Assembly: GCF_018350175.1 (NCBI RefSeq)
Contig: NC_058383.1
Location: forward strand, 4,278,001-4,342,000
Source of the DNA: Felis catus
Taxonomy: Eukaryota
Reading direction: 5' to 3'
DNA: 64,000 bases
The notes under the pieces: model-generated
Seen by the model: only the letters and a program-made list of their open reading frames with translations
Told to the model about the DNA's origin: nothing
Databases searched by the model: none
Translations under genes and position numbers: made by a program
Part shown: piece after piece, positions 13,371-25,642 of the stretch
How positions within the stretch are numbered: the stretch's first letter is position 1
How the letters are laid out: every line of letters begins with the position of its first letter

Positions 13371-13707
13371 GGGGCGCCTGGCCAGCTGAGTCAGTGGAAG
13401 GTGCGACTCTTGATCTTAGGGTCATGAGTTTGAGCCCCAAGTTGGGTGTAGAGGTTGCTTAAAAATAAAATTAAGGGGGCGTCTGGGTGGCTCAGTCAGT
13501 TAAGCGACTGACTCTTGATTTTGACTCAGGTCACCATCTCACGGTGTGTAAGTTCAAGCCCCGCATCAGGTTCTGTCTGTGCTTGACAGTGTGAGCCTGC
13601 CTGGGATTCTCTCTCTCCCCCCTTTCTCTGCCCCTTGCTGCACTCTCTCTCTCTCTCTCTCAAGATAAATAAATTAAAAAAAAAAAAAAAAGAAAAAGAA
13701 ATAGAAA
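13371..13707 (+). mobile_element. Two tandem Can-SINEs (13371-13472 short; 13475-13707)
   Basis: Two SINE heads, (CT)n and poly-A. Confidence 0.9.
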
Positions 13708-13744
13708 GTCGAACAGAGGTTCCAGGGGAGCTGGGTGAGCGGGT

Positions 13745-13981
13745 TAGTTTTCACGATCACACGATCACGGGTCACCGTAACAAATTTAATAACAAAGAAA
13801 ACGTTTGAAATGCTGGGAGAACTACCAAAATGTGACACAGAGACACGCAGTGAGCAAAAGCTGTCGGAAAAACGACACTAACAGACTTGCTTGATGCAGA
13901 ACTGCCACAAACCTCCCATTTGTAAAACAAAACGAAACACAGGACCGGCGCGCAAAGCACGATAAAGGGAGGTATGCCTCT
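13745..13981 (-). mobile_element. Tigger1 DNA transposon terminal fragment
   Basis: ACCAAAATGTGACACAGAGACACG...TGCCACAAACCT...GAGGTATGCCT matches the recalled Tigger1 end and TIR. Confidence 0.75.
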
Positions 13982-14039
13982 ACACTTACAAGCAGCCAAG
14001 ATGGTAACGTTTATGGTATGTGTATAAAAAAGGCTTCAA

Positions 14040-14120
14040 GGGGCGCCTGGGGGGCTCAGTGGGTTGAGCGTCCGACTCTTGATTTCGGCTCAGGTCATGG
14101 TCTCATGGTTCAGGAGCTGA
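14040..14120 (+). mobile_element. 3'-truncated Can-SINE
   Basis: SINE head only. Confidence 0.8.
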
Positions 14121-15300
14121 GGACCTTTGCATCTCCGAGGACTTCAGCACAGAGGGAAAGGTAAAGACTGCCGATTGAGAATTTCTCCTGGCGCTGGCTG
14201 CAGAGACGGTGCCCGTCAGCCCGCACGCTGGTTTCCACCTGATAAGCTGTCCTGGGTCAGCCTAAGACGGAGGCGACTGATCTGATATTGAGCAACTCCG
14301 GTCATTAGTCGAGACTTCAACCCCTCACTCAAACTCCCCAGCACGTGCTGGAAGCTCGGAAATCCCCAAGTCTTCACTCGACAGTCACCGTCCTCACACA
14401 GCACAGCACAGCACAGCCCAGCCCGGAGGGACCGGGGATCTGCGGAGCACTGCACGGGGAGTGCTCTGGAGTCTGGAGTGGAGCCAGGGAGGCTGTGCAG
14501 TGTGGGGCACTCGACCGAAGGGGAGCCTAGGAGCACGGCCTCACTCAACTGCTTGGCCAAGTGTTAGGCTAACCCACGCTCACCATTGCCTGCTGGAGGG
14601 GCGTCGACGCTCACTTGGCCGAAGGTATCGGGCCACCTGTTTAGTTAACGCAACACCCCAGTGCGATCAGCGTTTCCGGGAGGTCTTTGAGCCTCCGGCA
14701 CACGCAGGACTCAGCTTGGCAAGTGCAGTCCCCGGGGAGGCTCCCCGTGACCGCCACTCAAAGCCCATGTGGCTCTACTTTGCAGACAAACCAGCCGGCT
14801 TTGATACCTGGGTTCTCCAGAAGGGGAACAGGACGGGCGGCAAGTGTGAGAGGAAGCTCCGGGTGCAGGAGAGGCAGTGGAGGCGGCCGTTAAACGCATG
14901 GCAGCAACCTGAAGCGACGACGGACACAGCAGGAACCAGGAGGAGGACCCGATACGGTGGGCCCACGGACTCCGGGCACGGCCCAGCCTCTCACCAGCCA
15001 ACACACCACCACCCAAAGCCAAGGCCGACAGAGAAGTAAGGCGTCTGCGGAGCTGATCACAGACCAGGAGAGAGCCTGGTGACGAACACGTCAGACGACG
15101 CTTGCTGGGAACAGACGAGACACAAGCTTGGACAGCAGGAGGGCCCGCCTCACCCAGGAGACCAGGACAAGCCCAAAGCCCAACGATATCAAGGGGTGGG
15201 GCACGGATGCAGGGCAGGAACTCTCTCACACTCCGCCAGGGGAAGCAGGGCTTGGGAGAATCACTTTGGAGAGCATTTTGCCGTTTTCTTTTAAAAAAAA

Positions 15301-15507
15301 TTTTTTTTTAACGTTTATTCATCTTTCAGAGACAGAGAGTGAGTGGGGGAGGGGCAGAGAGAGAGGGAGACACAGAATCCGAAGCAGGCTCCAGGCTCCG
15401 AGCTGTCAGCACAGAGCCCGACGTGGGGCTCGAACTCGCACACGCTGCGAGATCATGACCTGAGCCGAAGTCAGATGCTTGACCGACGGAGTCACCCCGG
15501 GTGCCCC
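15301..15507 (-). mobile_element. Can-SINE
   Basis: Reverse-complement head, GA-rich tract and T tail. Confidence 0.9.
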
Positions 15508-16197
15508 GATTTTGGTGTCTGATAGTGTCACATCTGGGAATCTGGTAGCTGCACAGGGACATTCACCGGGATAGAGGAAACACAGGAAAACAGCCCGAAC
15601 ATCCATCAGCAGAACAGAAACATAACACGTGACAAATCCATTTGAAGGGTTACTGCACATAGTGCGTGGCAGGAACGAACTAGCACTAATGAACAGCGGC
15701 AGACCTCAAATCCGCAGTGGAAAAAACACAGGCTGCATAGCCACGTGCCAGTATCAGACATTTATGGACGTTACAAACACACAGAAACAAAACCCCATGC
15801 TTCTCAGGGGATGTACTTGGGGATGTACTCCTGGGACTTGGAAACCAAACTCACACCGGCAGGTGCAACAAGTCAAGGGAGCTTTGTTTCAATCGATGCA
15901 TGATTATCTTTTATCTCTGTGTTTTATTTCTGTGCATTCCAAAGGGAATGCAGAAAAGGCCAGACCTAAAACGACAAATACTGCGTGGTTCCACTTGGGT
16001 GAGGTCGCCGGAGTGGTCAGACTCCAAGACAGGGAGAGGGTGGGAGCCAGGGGCCGGGAGGTTAGTGTTTCTGGAGACAGGGCCTCCGTTTTCGGAAGAT
16101 GAAAAGTCCGAGGATGGAGGCTGGTGATCACACAACAATGTGGACCCGCTCGACGCCACCGGATGGGACACTTACAACCAGTTAAAACTGTCATCAC

Positions 16198-16593
16198 TTT
16201 TGTTTTGTTTTTTTAAAGAGGGAGAGAGAGAATCCTAAGCAGGGTCCACACCCGGTGGGGAAGCCGACACGGGGCTCAGTCCCACAACCCTGGGATCAGG
16301 ATCACGACCTAAGCCTAAATCAAGAGTTGGACACTCACCCAACTGAGCCACCAGGTGCCCCTTAACTGTTTTTGGTGGGGGGGTGAGGGGTGGTGGCCCT
16401 AGGTGGCTCAGTGGGTTGGGCATCTGATTTTTGATTTCAGCTCAGGTCATGATCTCATGGTTTCGTGAGTTCGAGCCCAGCATCTGGCTCGGCAATGGCA
16501 GCACGGAGGCTGCCTGGGATTCTCTCTCTCTGTCCCTCCCCGGTTCACCTGTCTCTGTCTCTCTCAAAATAAATAAACTTAAAAAAAAAAAAA
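16198..16593. mobile_element. Head-to-head Can-SINE pair (16198-16361 minus; 16393-16593 plus)
   Basis: Two SINE bodies in opposite orientation. Confidence 0.85.
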
Positions 16594-17392
16594 CAGTTGA
16601 AACAGTAAACTGTGCTATGTATATACATCTCACGACGAAAAAGAACGCAGGGCCGTATGACCTGAAATCCAACATACGTGTTATTAAGCAAAAAAGCAAA
16701 GCACGTATCAGAAAGCACACAGGAGAAAATACTGTGTTTCTGTTCATTTGTGAAAAAAGAAAACACAGAACGAATCACTGAGAACTGACAAGACCAGTTG
16801 TCTAAGGGGGGGGATGGGGTGGTAGCGAGGCGGAGGGAGGGGGCGTGGGGCGGCGCTTCTCCGAGGCCAGGCCGCCGTCTGATAGAGCCCTGACTCTGAG
16901 CGCCACAGCAAGGCTTGGCTTCACGTACGGAAACACGGGACAAATACAACCTACCAGGACGCGGTGCGAAGGCAAAATGCTACGTGACACAGCGATAAAG
17001 GACCCTGACTGCATGACAAACAAGTGACATGAGCACACTGAAGGGGTGGGGTGCAAAGAACAACCCTGAGTAACTCCGGAAAGCAGGGACCGCGGGGGAG
17101 GGGGAGGCCAAGAGCGTGAATACAGATTATCCTCCAGGCTCCAGGCGGTGGGCTGGCGATTCCCAAACTGCCCGAGGGCGGAGCGAACCAGCAAACACCC
17201 TGTGGATGGTGACACTCGGACTGTTCAACGACAGGGAGGGAGGTCGTGAGGAAGGAAGAGGAGTCTGCGGGACCGGGAACCCTGGGCTGCTGGGCTGGAC
17301 GAGATGCGTCAGTATGAACCTGTCTTTGATGTGGATGCAAACGGGCAATGGGGACACACAAATATGGATGTGTGTAAGGACATACACACATC

Positions 17393-17860
17393 GGGGCGTC
17401 TGAGTGGCTCCGTCAGTTGAGTGTCCGAGTCTCGGTTTCGGCTCAGGTCATGATCTTGCGGTTCATGACACCAAGCCCAAGTCAGGTTCTGCACTGACAG
17501 TGCGAAGCCTGCTTGAGATTCTCTCTCGCTCTCGGCCCCTCCCCCACGTGCACAGGGGCATACCCACTCTCTCTCCTATAATAAATAAATAAACATTAAA
17601 AAAAAGAACACGTAGGGGTGCCTGGGTGGCTCGGTCGGTTAAGCGACCGACTTCGGCTCAGGTCATGATCTCACAGGTCGCGAGTTCGAGCCCCGCATCG
17701 GGCTCTGTGCTGACAGCTCAGAGCCCGGAATCTGCTTCAGATTCTGTGTCTCCCTCTCTCTCTGCCCCTCCCCTGCTCTCACGTGTGCAGGCGCTCTCTC
17801 TCTCCCTCAAGAATAAACATTTAAAAAAATTAAAACAAAGTAAAACAAAACAAAACAGAA
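17393..17860 (+). mobile_element. Two tandem Can-SINEs (17393-17606; 17615-17860)
   Basis: Two heads and tails; flanking repeat ACATACACAC. Confidence 0.9.
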
Positions 17861-19062
17861 CATACACACCTCAATTTCCTACTGCGTCCATAAGGGGGCC
17901 TGGAGGTGGTGACACCCCAGCAGCAGTGAGCATACCCCACACCCGGCCTTGGTTTCTAATTCCAGCCTCTAATAAAAGGAGCCAGGCTCCATGAGGAAAT
18001 GGTGGATTCCAGGGCTGGGCCTGGAATATCTTGTAGTGACAGAAAAGTAAGGAAAAGGAAGAAAGGAAGGAAAAGTTCAGAAAAGGAAGGGGCACGTCGA
18101 AGGGGGCACAGGACCCAACCTGAAAGAACAGGCCCACGGCCAAATCTGGAACGATCTGTGCAACCCACGAACGGTGTGAGCGTGACAAAAGCCCGCCGAA
18201 TGAAACGAGTACCCACGAGTCCATGCTGATACAAGTAGATGCTGAGCAAGTAAGGGAATGCGGAGAGGGGACAGGTTCCTTCTCAGAGCACAGCTCCGTT
18301 AACAAATGTGGGAGGAATGAAGGAAACAGACAACCATCACAGCCAGACGTCAAAGTACAGCAACTGTCACTAGAAAGATCCATCGGTGGATGCCAAGATG
18401 AGCGGGAAAACTCCGACGAGAACCAGGGTATCTGCAGACTCTGTAAGTATCTCCCCACGAGACGCTTCTTCATTCAAAAGGGAGTAACAAGACTTTACAG
18501 CCGAGGGACCCGCAGACACCAATGAGAAGACGTGACAGCACCCTGTGTCCCTGGCACACCACGCCGAGGACACGGTGTCACCGTGGGTGACGACGGACAT
18601 CCTACCAAACACCTGGCCCGTGCTCTGCACAAAGCGTCAAGGTCATGAGAGACCAGGAGAGACCGAGGGCTGTCACGGGCCGAAGGCTAAGACGACGTGA
18701 CTACCACTGTGACGAGGGCTCTGAATCAAACCCCGGGACGGGAAAGGACCAGGGCAGGCACTGAGGAAATCCTAAGGGTCACTCCTCATCTGGACGACTG
18801 CACCATCGGGACGTGTGCGCTTGGCGGGGGAGGGAGGCGGGGGGGGGGGGGGGCATTCTGCAGTTCGGCTACCTAGAACTCGACCGTGGGGCAGCGGGAG
18901 CGCCCGGGAGGTGAGGCGCCGCCGCAAAAGGGAGCTGGCCTTCGTTCTCACGCCACCTCCGCGGGCGCCCTCTCGACCCAGGAAGCGGCCGCCTCTGCGC
19001 CAAGCCCTCGGGAGGAGCCGCGTCACCGGCGCGCCCCCCACCCCAGCCCCGCGCCCACTCAC

Positions 19063-19281
19063 CTCCGGAGCAGGGACTGCTGCAGGCTCTTGCAGGTGGC
19101 CAGGGACTCCCCGGTGAACATGTGACACACGACGACGTGCAGGCAGCGCGCCATGAAGGCCAGCACGGCCTCGGGCTGGAGGGTGCCGCTGCGGGACACC
19201 AGGCAGAGGCGCTGCAGCGCGGAGCACTGGCTCAGCGCCTGGAAGAACTGGGCGTTGGCGCTGAAGTAGGGCTGCTCCAGC
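19063..19281 (-). CDS. FBXL18: FBXL18 coding exon 4 (219 nt), LEQPYFSANAQFFQALSQC...QQSLLR
   Basis: CCCCGCAG acceptor, GTGAGT donor; frame continuous with exons 3 and 5. Confidence 0.96.
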
Positions 19282-19980
19282 CTGCGGGGAGAGAGGGCGG
19301 TGTGAGCCCACGCTGCGGCCGGACCCCACGCGGGGCGGGGGGGGGAGAGCCTCTCGCGGGGGGCCAAGCGGGTCTCTGGGAGCCAGACCCAGACCAGATG
19401 TCCCCACGCCTGTCTACGCCACAGTCCCCCGGGGCATCGGGAGAAGACACAGACCCCAGGGCCTTCCCAGCTGATCCCGAGTTGGGGGCAGACCCTGGAG
19501 GCCTGACACGACGGGCGAGCCACCGTACAGACCCCAGCCGGCCACTGCCCAGAGCCTGGAGACCCGCACGCTGGCTGGGCTGGCCGCTCGGCACCCCACC
19601 CACCTCAAACGCTGACCTGTCGGGCAGGGGGCGGGGAGCCGTGCCTACATGGGATCCCAGCCACACACTGCTGCCCGCGCCTGTGACACACAAAGACAGG
19701 CTGAGGGCAGTGGAGGGGATCTGGAGGCTGGGGCCACTCCGGCCATGGAAGGGAAGGCGACAGATCCCTAGTCCTTCCGCCACGGAAGGAGAGGCGACAC
19801 CGGGCAGGTCCCCAGTCCTCCCGCCACGGAAGGGGAGGGGACACCGGGAAGGTCCCCCCATAGATAGGGGCTAAAGGCAAATAAGAGCCAATCTACAAAA
19901 CCGGGACCTCGGCCACAGACGACCACGACAGATGGGAGGTGCACCAGGTCCCACTTGCTTTAGAAAGACGGACGAACAGA

Positions 19981-20108
19981 GGGGTGCCAGAGTGGCTCCG
20001 TCGGTTGAGCACCCAACTCTTAATTCTGGCTCAGGCAGTGATCTCGCAGTTTGTGAGTTCGAGTCCCACACTGGGCTCTGCCCTGAGCGCAGAGCCCACT
20101 TGAGATTC

Positions 20109-20146
<38 letters not shown>

Positions 20147-20392
20147 AAAATAAATAAAATTTAAAAGAAGTAGGGGCGCCTGGGTGGCTCAGTCAGTTAA
20201 GTGTCCGACTTCGGCTCAGGTCGTGATCTCATGGTTCGTGGGTTCGAGCCCCGTGTCGGGCCCTGTGCTGCCGGCTTGCAGCCTGGAGCCTGCTTCCGAT
20301 TGTTTCTCCCTCTCTCTCTGCCCCTCCCCCGCTCATGCTCTATCTCTTTCTCAAAAAATGAACGTTAAAAAAATTTTTTTAATAAAAATAAA
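19981..20392 (+). mobile_element. Two tandem Can-SINEs (19981-20160; 20173-20392)
   Basis: SINE heads, (CT)n, A tails. Confidence 0.9.
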
Positions 20393-20410
20393 CATTAGGA
20401 AGTGAAGAAG

Positions 20411-20484
20411 AGAAAGGAAAGGAAAAGGAAAAGGAAAAGGAAAAGGAAAAGGAAAAGGAAAAGGAAAAGGAAAAGGAAAGGAAA
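20411..20484 (+). repeat. (GGAAAA)n microsatellite
   Basis: 9 perfect copies at 20421-20474 plus degenerate flanks. Confidence 0.95.
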
Positions 20485-20904
20485 GACAAGACACGAAGAG
20501 ATGGGAGAGCCACAGTGGCTGTCGGCCAGGGCCTTGGCACAGGCAGGAAGGAGTGCTGGAGCCTCCAGCCACAGGGATGAGAACAGGAAAGTGGTGTGGA
20601 GGACAATGTTCCAGAGCCTGCCAGACCCTTCTGCGCACCAGCCGGAAAGCCTAGAGGGCAGACAGAGTGATGTGGTGGGGACACACGGTTGGAGGTGCTG
20701 AGGACAACGGACAGGGCAGTTCAGCACCAGCTGGGAACACGGCTGCGGAACCAGCAGATGCCCAGATGTGCGGCAGGACGCCGGGCCGCAGGCCAAGGGA
20801 GCCCTCCGAATGCGAGTCGGAGGAAGAGCAGAGGGCCGGGGGGAAGCTAACAGGATTGCGGGGGCTGCCAGGAGGAGGGCCGAGAGCCAGGAGAATGGGA
20901 AGAG

Positions 20905-21826
20905 AGGAGCTGGTGGAGCTGTGTCCCCCCCCCCCCAACAGACAGGTGGCTGTCCTAGCCCCTGGCGCCCGTGAACGCACCTTACTCGGAAACAGGGTCT
21001 TTGCAAGGGGGACTTCGTTAGGATGAGGTCGTGCTAGACTGGGGGGGCTGTAATCCAGTGGCCAGTTCCTTACAAGAAGGCCACGCAGAGGCACAGCCAC
21101 GCAGGGACACCCAGGGAGAGGGCCGTGTGACCGCAGGCGGGGACTGGAGTGACACGGCCACAAGCCAAGGACTGCCAAGCACTGCCAGCGACCGCCTCTA
21201 GAAGCCAGGGGACATGCCTGGCACAGGGGCTCCATCAGAGCCTCTAGGAGGAACCAGCCCTGCTGACGCCTGCAGCTCGAACCTCTGGCTCTCAGAACCG
21301 TACGTGAATCCAGGGCGCCTGGGTGGCTCAGTCGGTTGGGCGTCCGACTTTGGCTCAGGTCATGATCTCACGGTTCGTGGGTTCGAGCCCCACGTCGGGC
21401 TCTGTGCTGACAGCTCAGAGCCTGGCGCCTGCTTCGGATTCAGTGTCTCCCTCTCTCTCTGCCCCTCTCCTGCTCACACTCTGTCTCTCTCTCAAAAGTA
21501 AACATTTTTGGGGCGCCTGGGTGGCACAGTCGGTTGAGCGTCCGATTTCAGCCAGGTCACGATCTCGCGGTCTGTGAGTTCGAGCACCGCGTCAGGCTCT
21601 GGGCTGATGGCTCGGAGCCTGGAGCCTGTTTCCGATTCTGCGTCTCCCTCTCTCTCTGCCCCTCCCCCGTTCATGCTCTGTCTCTCTCTGTCACAAAAAA
21701 ATAAATAAAAAGTTGAAAAAAAATTAAAAAAAAAATAAACATTTTTTAAAAATTAAAAAAAAAAACCTGTGTGTGAATCCACTTGTGCTGTGGCGGTTTG
21801 TGAGGGGAGCCCTAGGACCCTAACGC
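20905..21826 (+). mobile_element. MLT1-type MaLR solo LTR split by two SINEs
   Basis: GGAAACAGGGTCTTTGCA, CCACAAGCCAAGGA and GGAACCAGCCCTGCTGAC motifs; resumes after the duplication GTGAATCCA. Confidence 0.75.
21313..21765 (+). mobile_element. Can-SINE (21313-21509) with a young SINEC_Fc-type copy (21510-21735) inserted in its tail
   Basis: TAAACATTTTT duplicated around the younger copy. Confidence 0.9.
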
Positions 21827-22091
21827 AGAGGCCGAGCAGACTCACAGATACCTCCCTGGTCAGTTACACACACGCCCAAGACAACCACATGAGCAGAGAC
21901 CAACGTGCGTCCCCCTGTGTAAGACCTTCCCAGAGAAAAACGTAAGGATTATCCCTGGAGGGCAGAGCTCGGCTCCAGAAACTTCCTTATGTCACTGCCT
22001 TCAGCAGGACTTCCGTCCATCTCAGATACACACGGTCATCACTTGATGCTTTTATTTTTTTTTCCACTTGATGCCCTTAAAAAGCTTGCTC

Positions 22092-22368
22092 GGAGCCTCT
22101 GTCCCCCTCTTTCTGCCCCCCCCCAAAAAATAAATAAACATTTAAAATAGGGACGCCTGGGTGGCTCAGCCGGTTAAGCATCCAACTTCGGCTCAGGTCA
22201 TGATCTCACGGTCCATGAGTTCAAACCCCGCGTCGGGCTCTGTGCTGACAGCTCAGAGCCTGGAGCCTGTTTCGGATTCTGTCTCCCTCTCTCTTCTGCC
22301 ATTTTGCCACTCACGCTCTGTCTCTCAAAAATAAACATCAAAAAAATTTTTTTTAATTAAATAAATAA
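22092..22368 (+). mobile_element. 5'-truncated SINE followed by a full Can-SINE (22150-22368)
   Basis: Flanking repeat AGCTTGCTC. Confidence 0.85.
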
Positions 22369-23764
22369 ACAGCTTGCTCTGAGGGGCAGGGGAGTAAAAA
22401 AGAACAAAAAGCAGCTCGCTCCGGCTGCCGTGGGGGGTGTCGCCGGTCACCTGGCCAGAGCGGCTCCAAGGCTGTGGCAGCACACGGGGAAGAAGCTCGC
22501 GGAGGCACCGGCCCGAGCAGCAGGGCGGTGGCCGTGGCCAGCGGGGGGCCTGGATGGATGATGCGGATCTGGGCCCGTGCGTGGGGAACCGCAGCCCACG
22601 GAGGGGCCCGGCAGACAGCGGAGGCCCACAGCCAGCCGAAACCCGCTGCCTCCCGAACGCAGGGAGGGGGGTAAAGGGGCAGAGGACAAGATTTGTCAGG
22701 AAGGTGCTTCCCCGCCCCTACCAGGCTTCATCGGTCTTTGGGTCGCCTCCGTCTAAACCGGATGACTGACAACAGGACACTGTACAAGGGCGGCCACCCG
22801 GCAGCAGGCAAAGTCCTTTCTCCGGGAGCCTCCAAGGCCACCGATGGACTCGAGACAGATGGTGGGAGAGACTCGGCCGGCCCCCGCGGGCAGCCAGGCC
22901 CCAGAGACCAAGTGCAGGACCGTGCCCGGCCGGGCTGCAGCCTCCACTGAGAGGACACTGCTGTGCATGCACTGGGGGCCACTGTCCCTCTCCCTAGGAC
23001 CCCCTAAGTGTCCCCAAGGCCGGCCACGCTAATCCACCTAGCAGCTCCTCCCAGGGCCCGGGCGCCGCACAAAAACTCCTCGCAGAAACCCCAGGTCAGA
23101 CCCGGGAGAGTCTGTCTCTCTGAGTCATGACCCTGCCTGGGGCAGACGCAGACCCCCCCCCCCCCGTATCCCCCCCTCCGCCAGCGGCTGCAGGCAAGAC
23201 CTCCATCCTTATGCAGGATCCACAGAGACCTCCCGGCCAGGTTGGTGACCTCCTGGGACACTGCCGACAAGGTGGTAAGCAGTCGTGGACACTCATAATA
23301 AAAGGAGACGTTTCCAGGATGAGCAAGAAATGCCCACCCGCATCCCAACAAGGCAGTGGGTCTGCTCTGGGGACAGAGTGTCCCCGTCCAAGCCCCCACG
23401 TGGAGGGAGACCCGAAATGCTCTGAATGCAACACCTTCAGAACGGCTGATCCAACCAGGACTGGGTGTAGGGCAGGGGATGGGTGCTCCCCAGTTCTCAA
23501 AGCCTAAAAAGACCCAATTGGTCATGCACTAGGTCCCCATCACCCCGACACCTGGGGACACTACCAAGTTCCAGGACAAAAGGAGAGAGGTTTTCAAAAA
23601 GGGGTCTTTGAGGAAAAAAAGAGCAATCCCAGCTATTTACAGCAGCCACCCGACAGAATATCCCCCAACAATGGAATGTTCTAACCTGAGCTGTGCAGTA
23701 GGGGAGCCACCACTCACTGAAATGTGGTTCATGAGACAGGTTTTTAATTTTATTTTATATTTAT

Positions 23765-24440
23765 GGGTGCCTGCAGAGCTCAGTCGGTTAAGCATCCGAC
23801 TTCGGCTCAGGTCATGATCTCACCGATGGTGGGTTCGAGCCCCAGGTGGGGCTCTGTGCTCACAGCAAAAAGCCTGGTTGGGATTCCCTGTCTCCCTCTC
23901 TCTGACCTTCCCCCACTCTCAAAAATAAACACTGGGGTGCCTGAGTGGCTCAATCAGTTAAGTGTCTGACTTTGGCTCAGGTCATGATCTCACGGCTTGT
24001 GGGTTCGAGCCCCGTGTCGGGCTCTGTCCTGACAGCTCAGAGCCTGGATGGAGCCTGCTTTGGATTCTGTGTCTCCCTTTCTCTCTCCTCCTGCCCCACT
24101 GGCACGTTGACTCTCTCTCTCTCTCTCAAAAATAAATAAACATCTTATTTTATTTACTTATTTTTTTTGAGAGAGAGAAAAGAGAGAGAGTGCATGCACA
24201 AGAGGGGGAGTGGCGGAGAGAGTGAGAAAGGATCCGAAACAGACTCCAGGCTCCAAGCTGTAAGCACAGAGCCCGACATGGGGCTCGAACCCACAAACCG
24301 TGACATCATGACCTGAGCCGAAGTCAGATGCTCAACCGACTGAGCCCCCAGGGGCCCCGAGCTTCTGACTCTTGATCTCCAGGTCACAAGTTTGAGCCCC
24401 ACACTGGGGGTGGAGATTACTTTAAAAAAAAAAAAAAACA
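23765..24440. mobile_element. Cluster of four Can-SINEs (23765-23930 +, 23934-24141 +, 24146-24358 -, 24360-24440 - short)
   Basis: SINE bodies and tails in both orientations. Confidence 0.9.
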
Positions 24441-25017
24441 ATGTATACGAGCAGAAATGCTACTAAGCTCCTGACACTAACACTGTGGGGAGGACAGTGG
24501 GTCCTTCTAGAGTACGATCACAAGAAGTCTCACGTTCACTCCCCCATCAACAGTGGAGACTCAGGACGTGTGAGGGAAGAGAAGAGCGGCACTCAATGTG
24601 GCAGGAGGAAGCCCCTGGCAGGGCTGTTCTGGGCTCCAGGGCTAGAGAAAGGACCCCCCGGGGCAGCCACAGCCATCAGAGCTCCGATGCCAGCAGGTGC
24701 CCCTTGGCAGAGATGTGAACACGGGCCTCCCCCCACCCCCAGACCCACTGAACGAATTTCGTCGGTAAGGAAAGGACTCCAAGAGCCATGAGCAGAGAGC
24801 AGTACCTCTCCGAGAAGCAAAGGTGGCTGTGTGCAGTCCTCGTTCACCCAAAGGAAGGCCAAAGTAACAGCCAAAGTCATGCAGGGCCCAGACGGAAAGC
24901 GAATGTCATCCCGGTTATAAGTGTGAATTTTCTGAAAAGTTGACTTTCTTGAAAAAAAAGTCTAAATATACTATTTCATTCTATCTTTCAAAGGCAAATT
25001 ATTCTCTTTTTTAAATA

Positions 25018-25104
25018 TTTAAAATTTTTTTCTTTTCAATTTGAGAGAGAGAGAGAGAGAGATGGAGAGAGAGAGAGGAAGTGTGTGCACACGCAAGCAG
25101 GGGA

Positions 25105-25152
<48 letters not shown>

Positions 25153-25480
25153 CCGAAGCAGGCTCCACACTCAGCTTGGAGCCTGACTCAGGGCTCAATC
25201 CCACGACCCTGGGATCATGACCTGAGCCGAAATGGAGAGCAGGACGCTCAACCGACTGAGCCACCCAAGCACCCCTATTCTTCTTCTTTTTTTAATGTGT
25301 ATTTGTTTTTGAAAGACAGAGTGCAAGCAGGGGAGGGGTGGAGAGAGAGGGAGACGGGGGATCCCAAATGGGCTCTGAGCTGTCAGCACAGGGCCCGACA
25401 CAGGAGTCGAACCCACAAACCATGAAATCATGCCCTGAGCCAAAGTTGGTTGTTTAACCGGCTGAGCCACCCAGGCACCC
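25018..25480 (-). mobile_element. Two tandem Can-SINEs (25018-25275; 25280-25480)
   Basis: Long (GA)n tract and reverse-complement heads. Confidence 0.9.
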
Positions 25481-25623
25481 CAAAGGCACCCCTACTCTTT
25501 TAAAAGTCCTAAGGTAAGCATCCCTTTGCAGACCTGAAAGTGGGAAAACGGGAGGGGCTGAAGTCCAGAACCCTGACCACGGTCTCTGGCTCGTCCCTGA
25601 GGAAGAACAGGCCTGTGGCGCTC

Positions 25624-25642
25624 TGGCCACTAGGTGGCGCTG
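25624..25642 (+). promoter_or_regulatory. Candidate CTCF site
   Basis: TGGCCACTAGGTGGCGCTG, near-consensus core. Confidence 0.65.

Larger units (their letters stand above)
15550..18790 (+). mobile_element. Fragmented old L1 (L1M-type) 3' region interrupted by SINEs
   Basis: A-rich L1 3'UTR-like segments recognised by eye; subfamily and limits uncertain. Confidence 0.5.

Noticed and set aside
20402..20701. Lys/Arg-rich ORF resembling a nuclear localisation signal
   Set aside because: Translation of the (GGAAAA)n microsatellite
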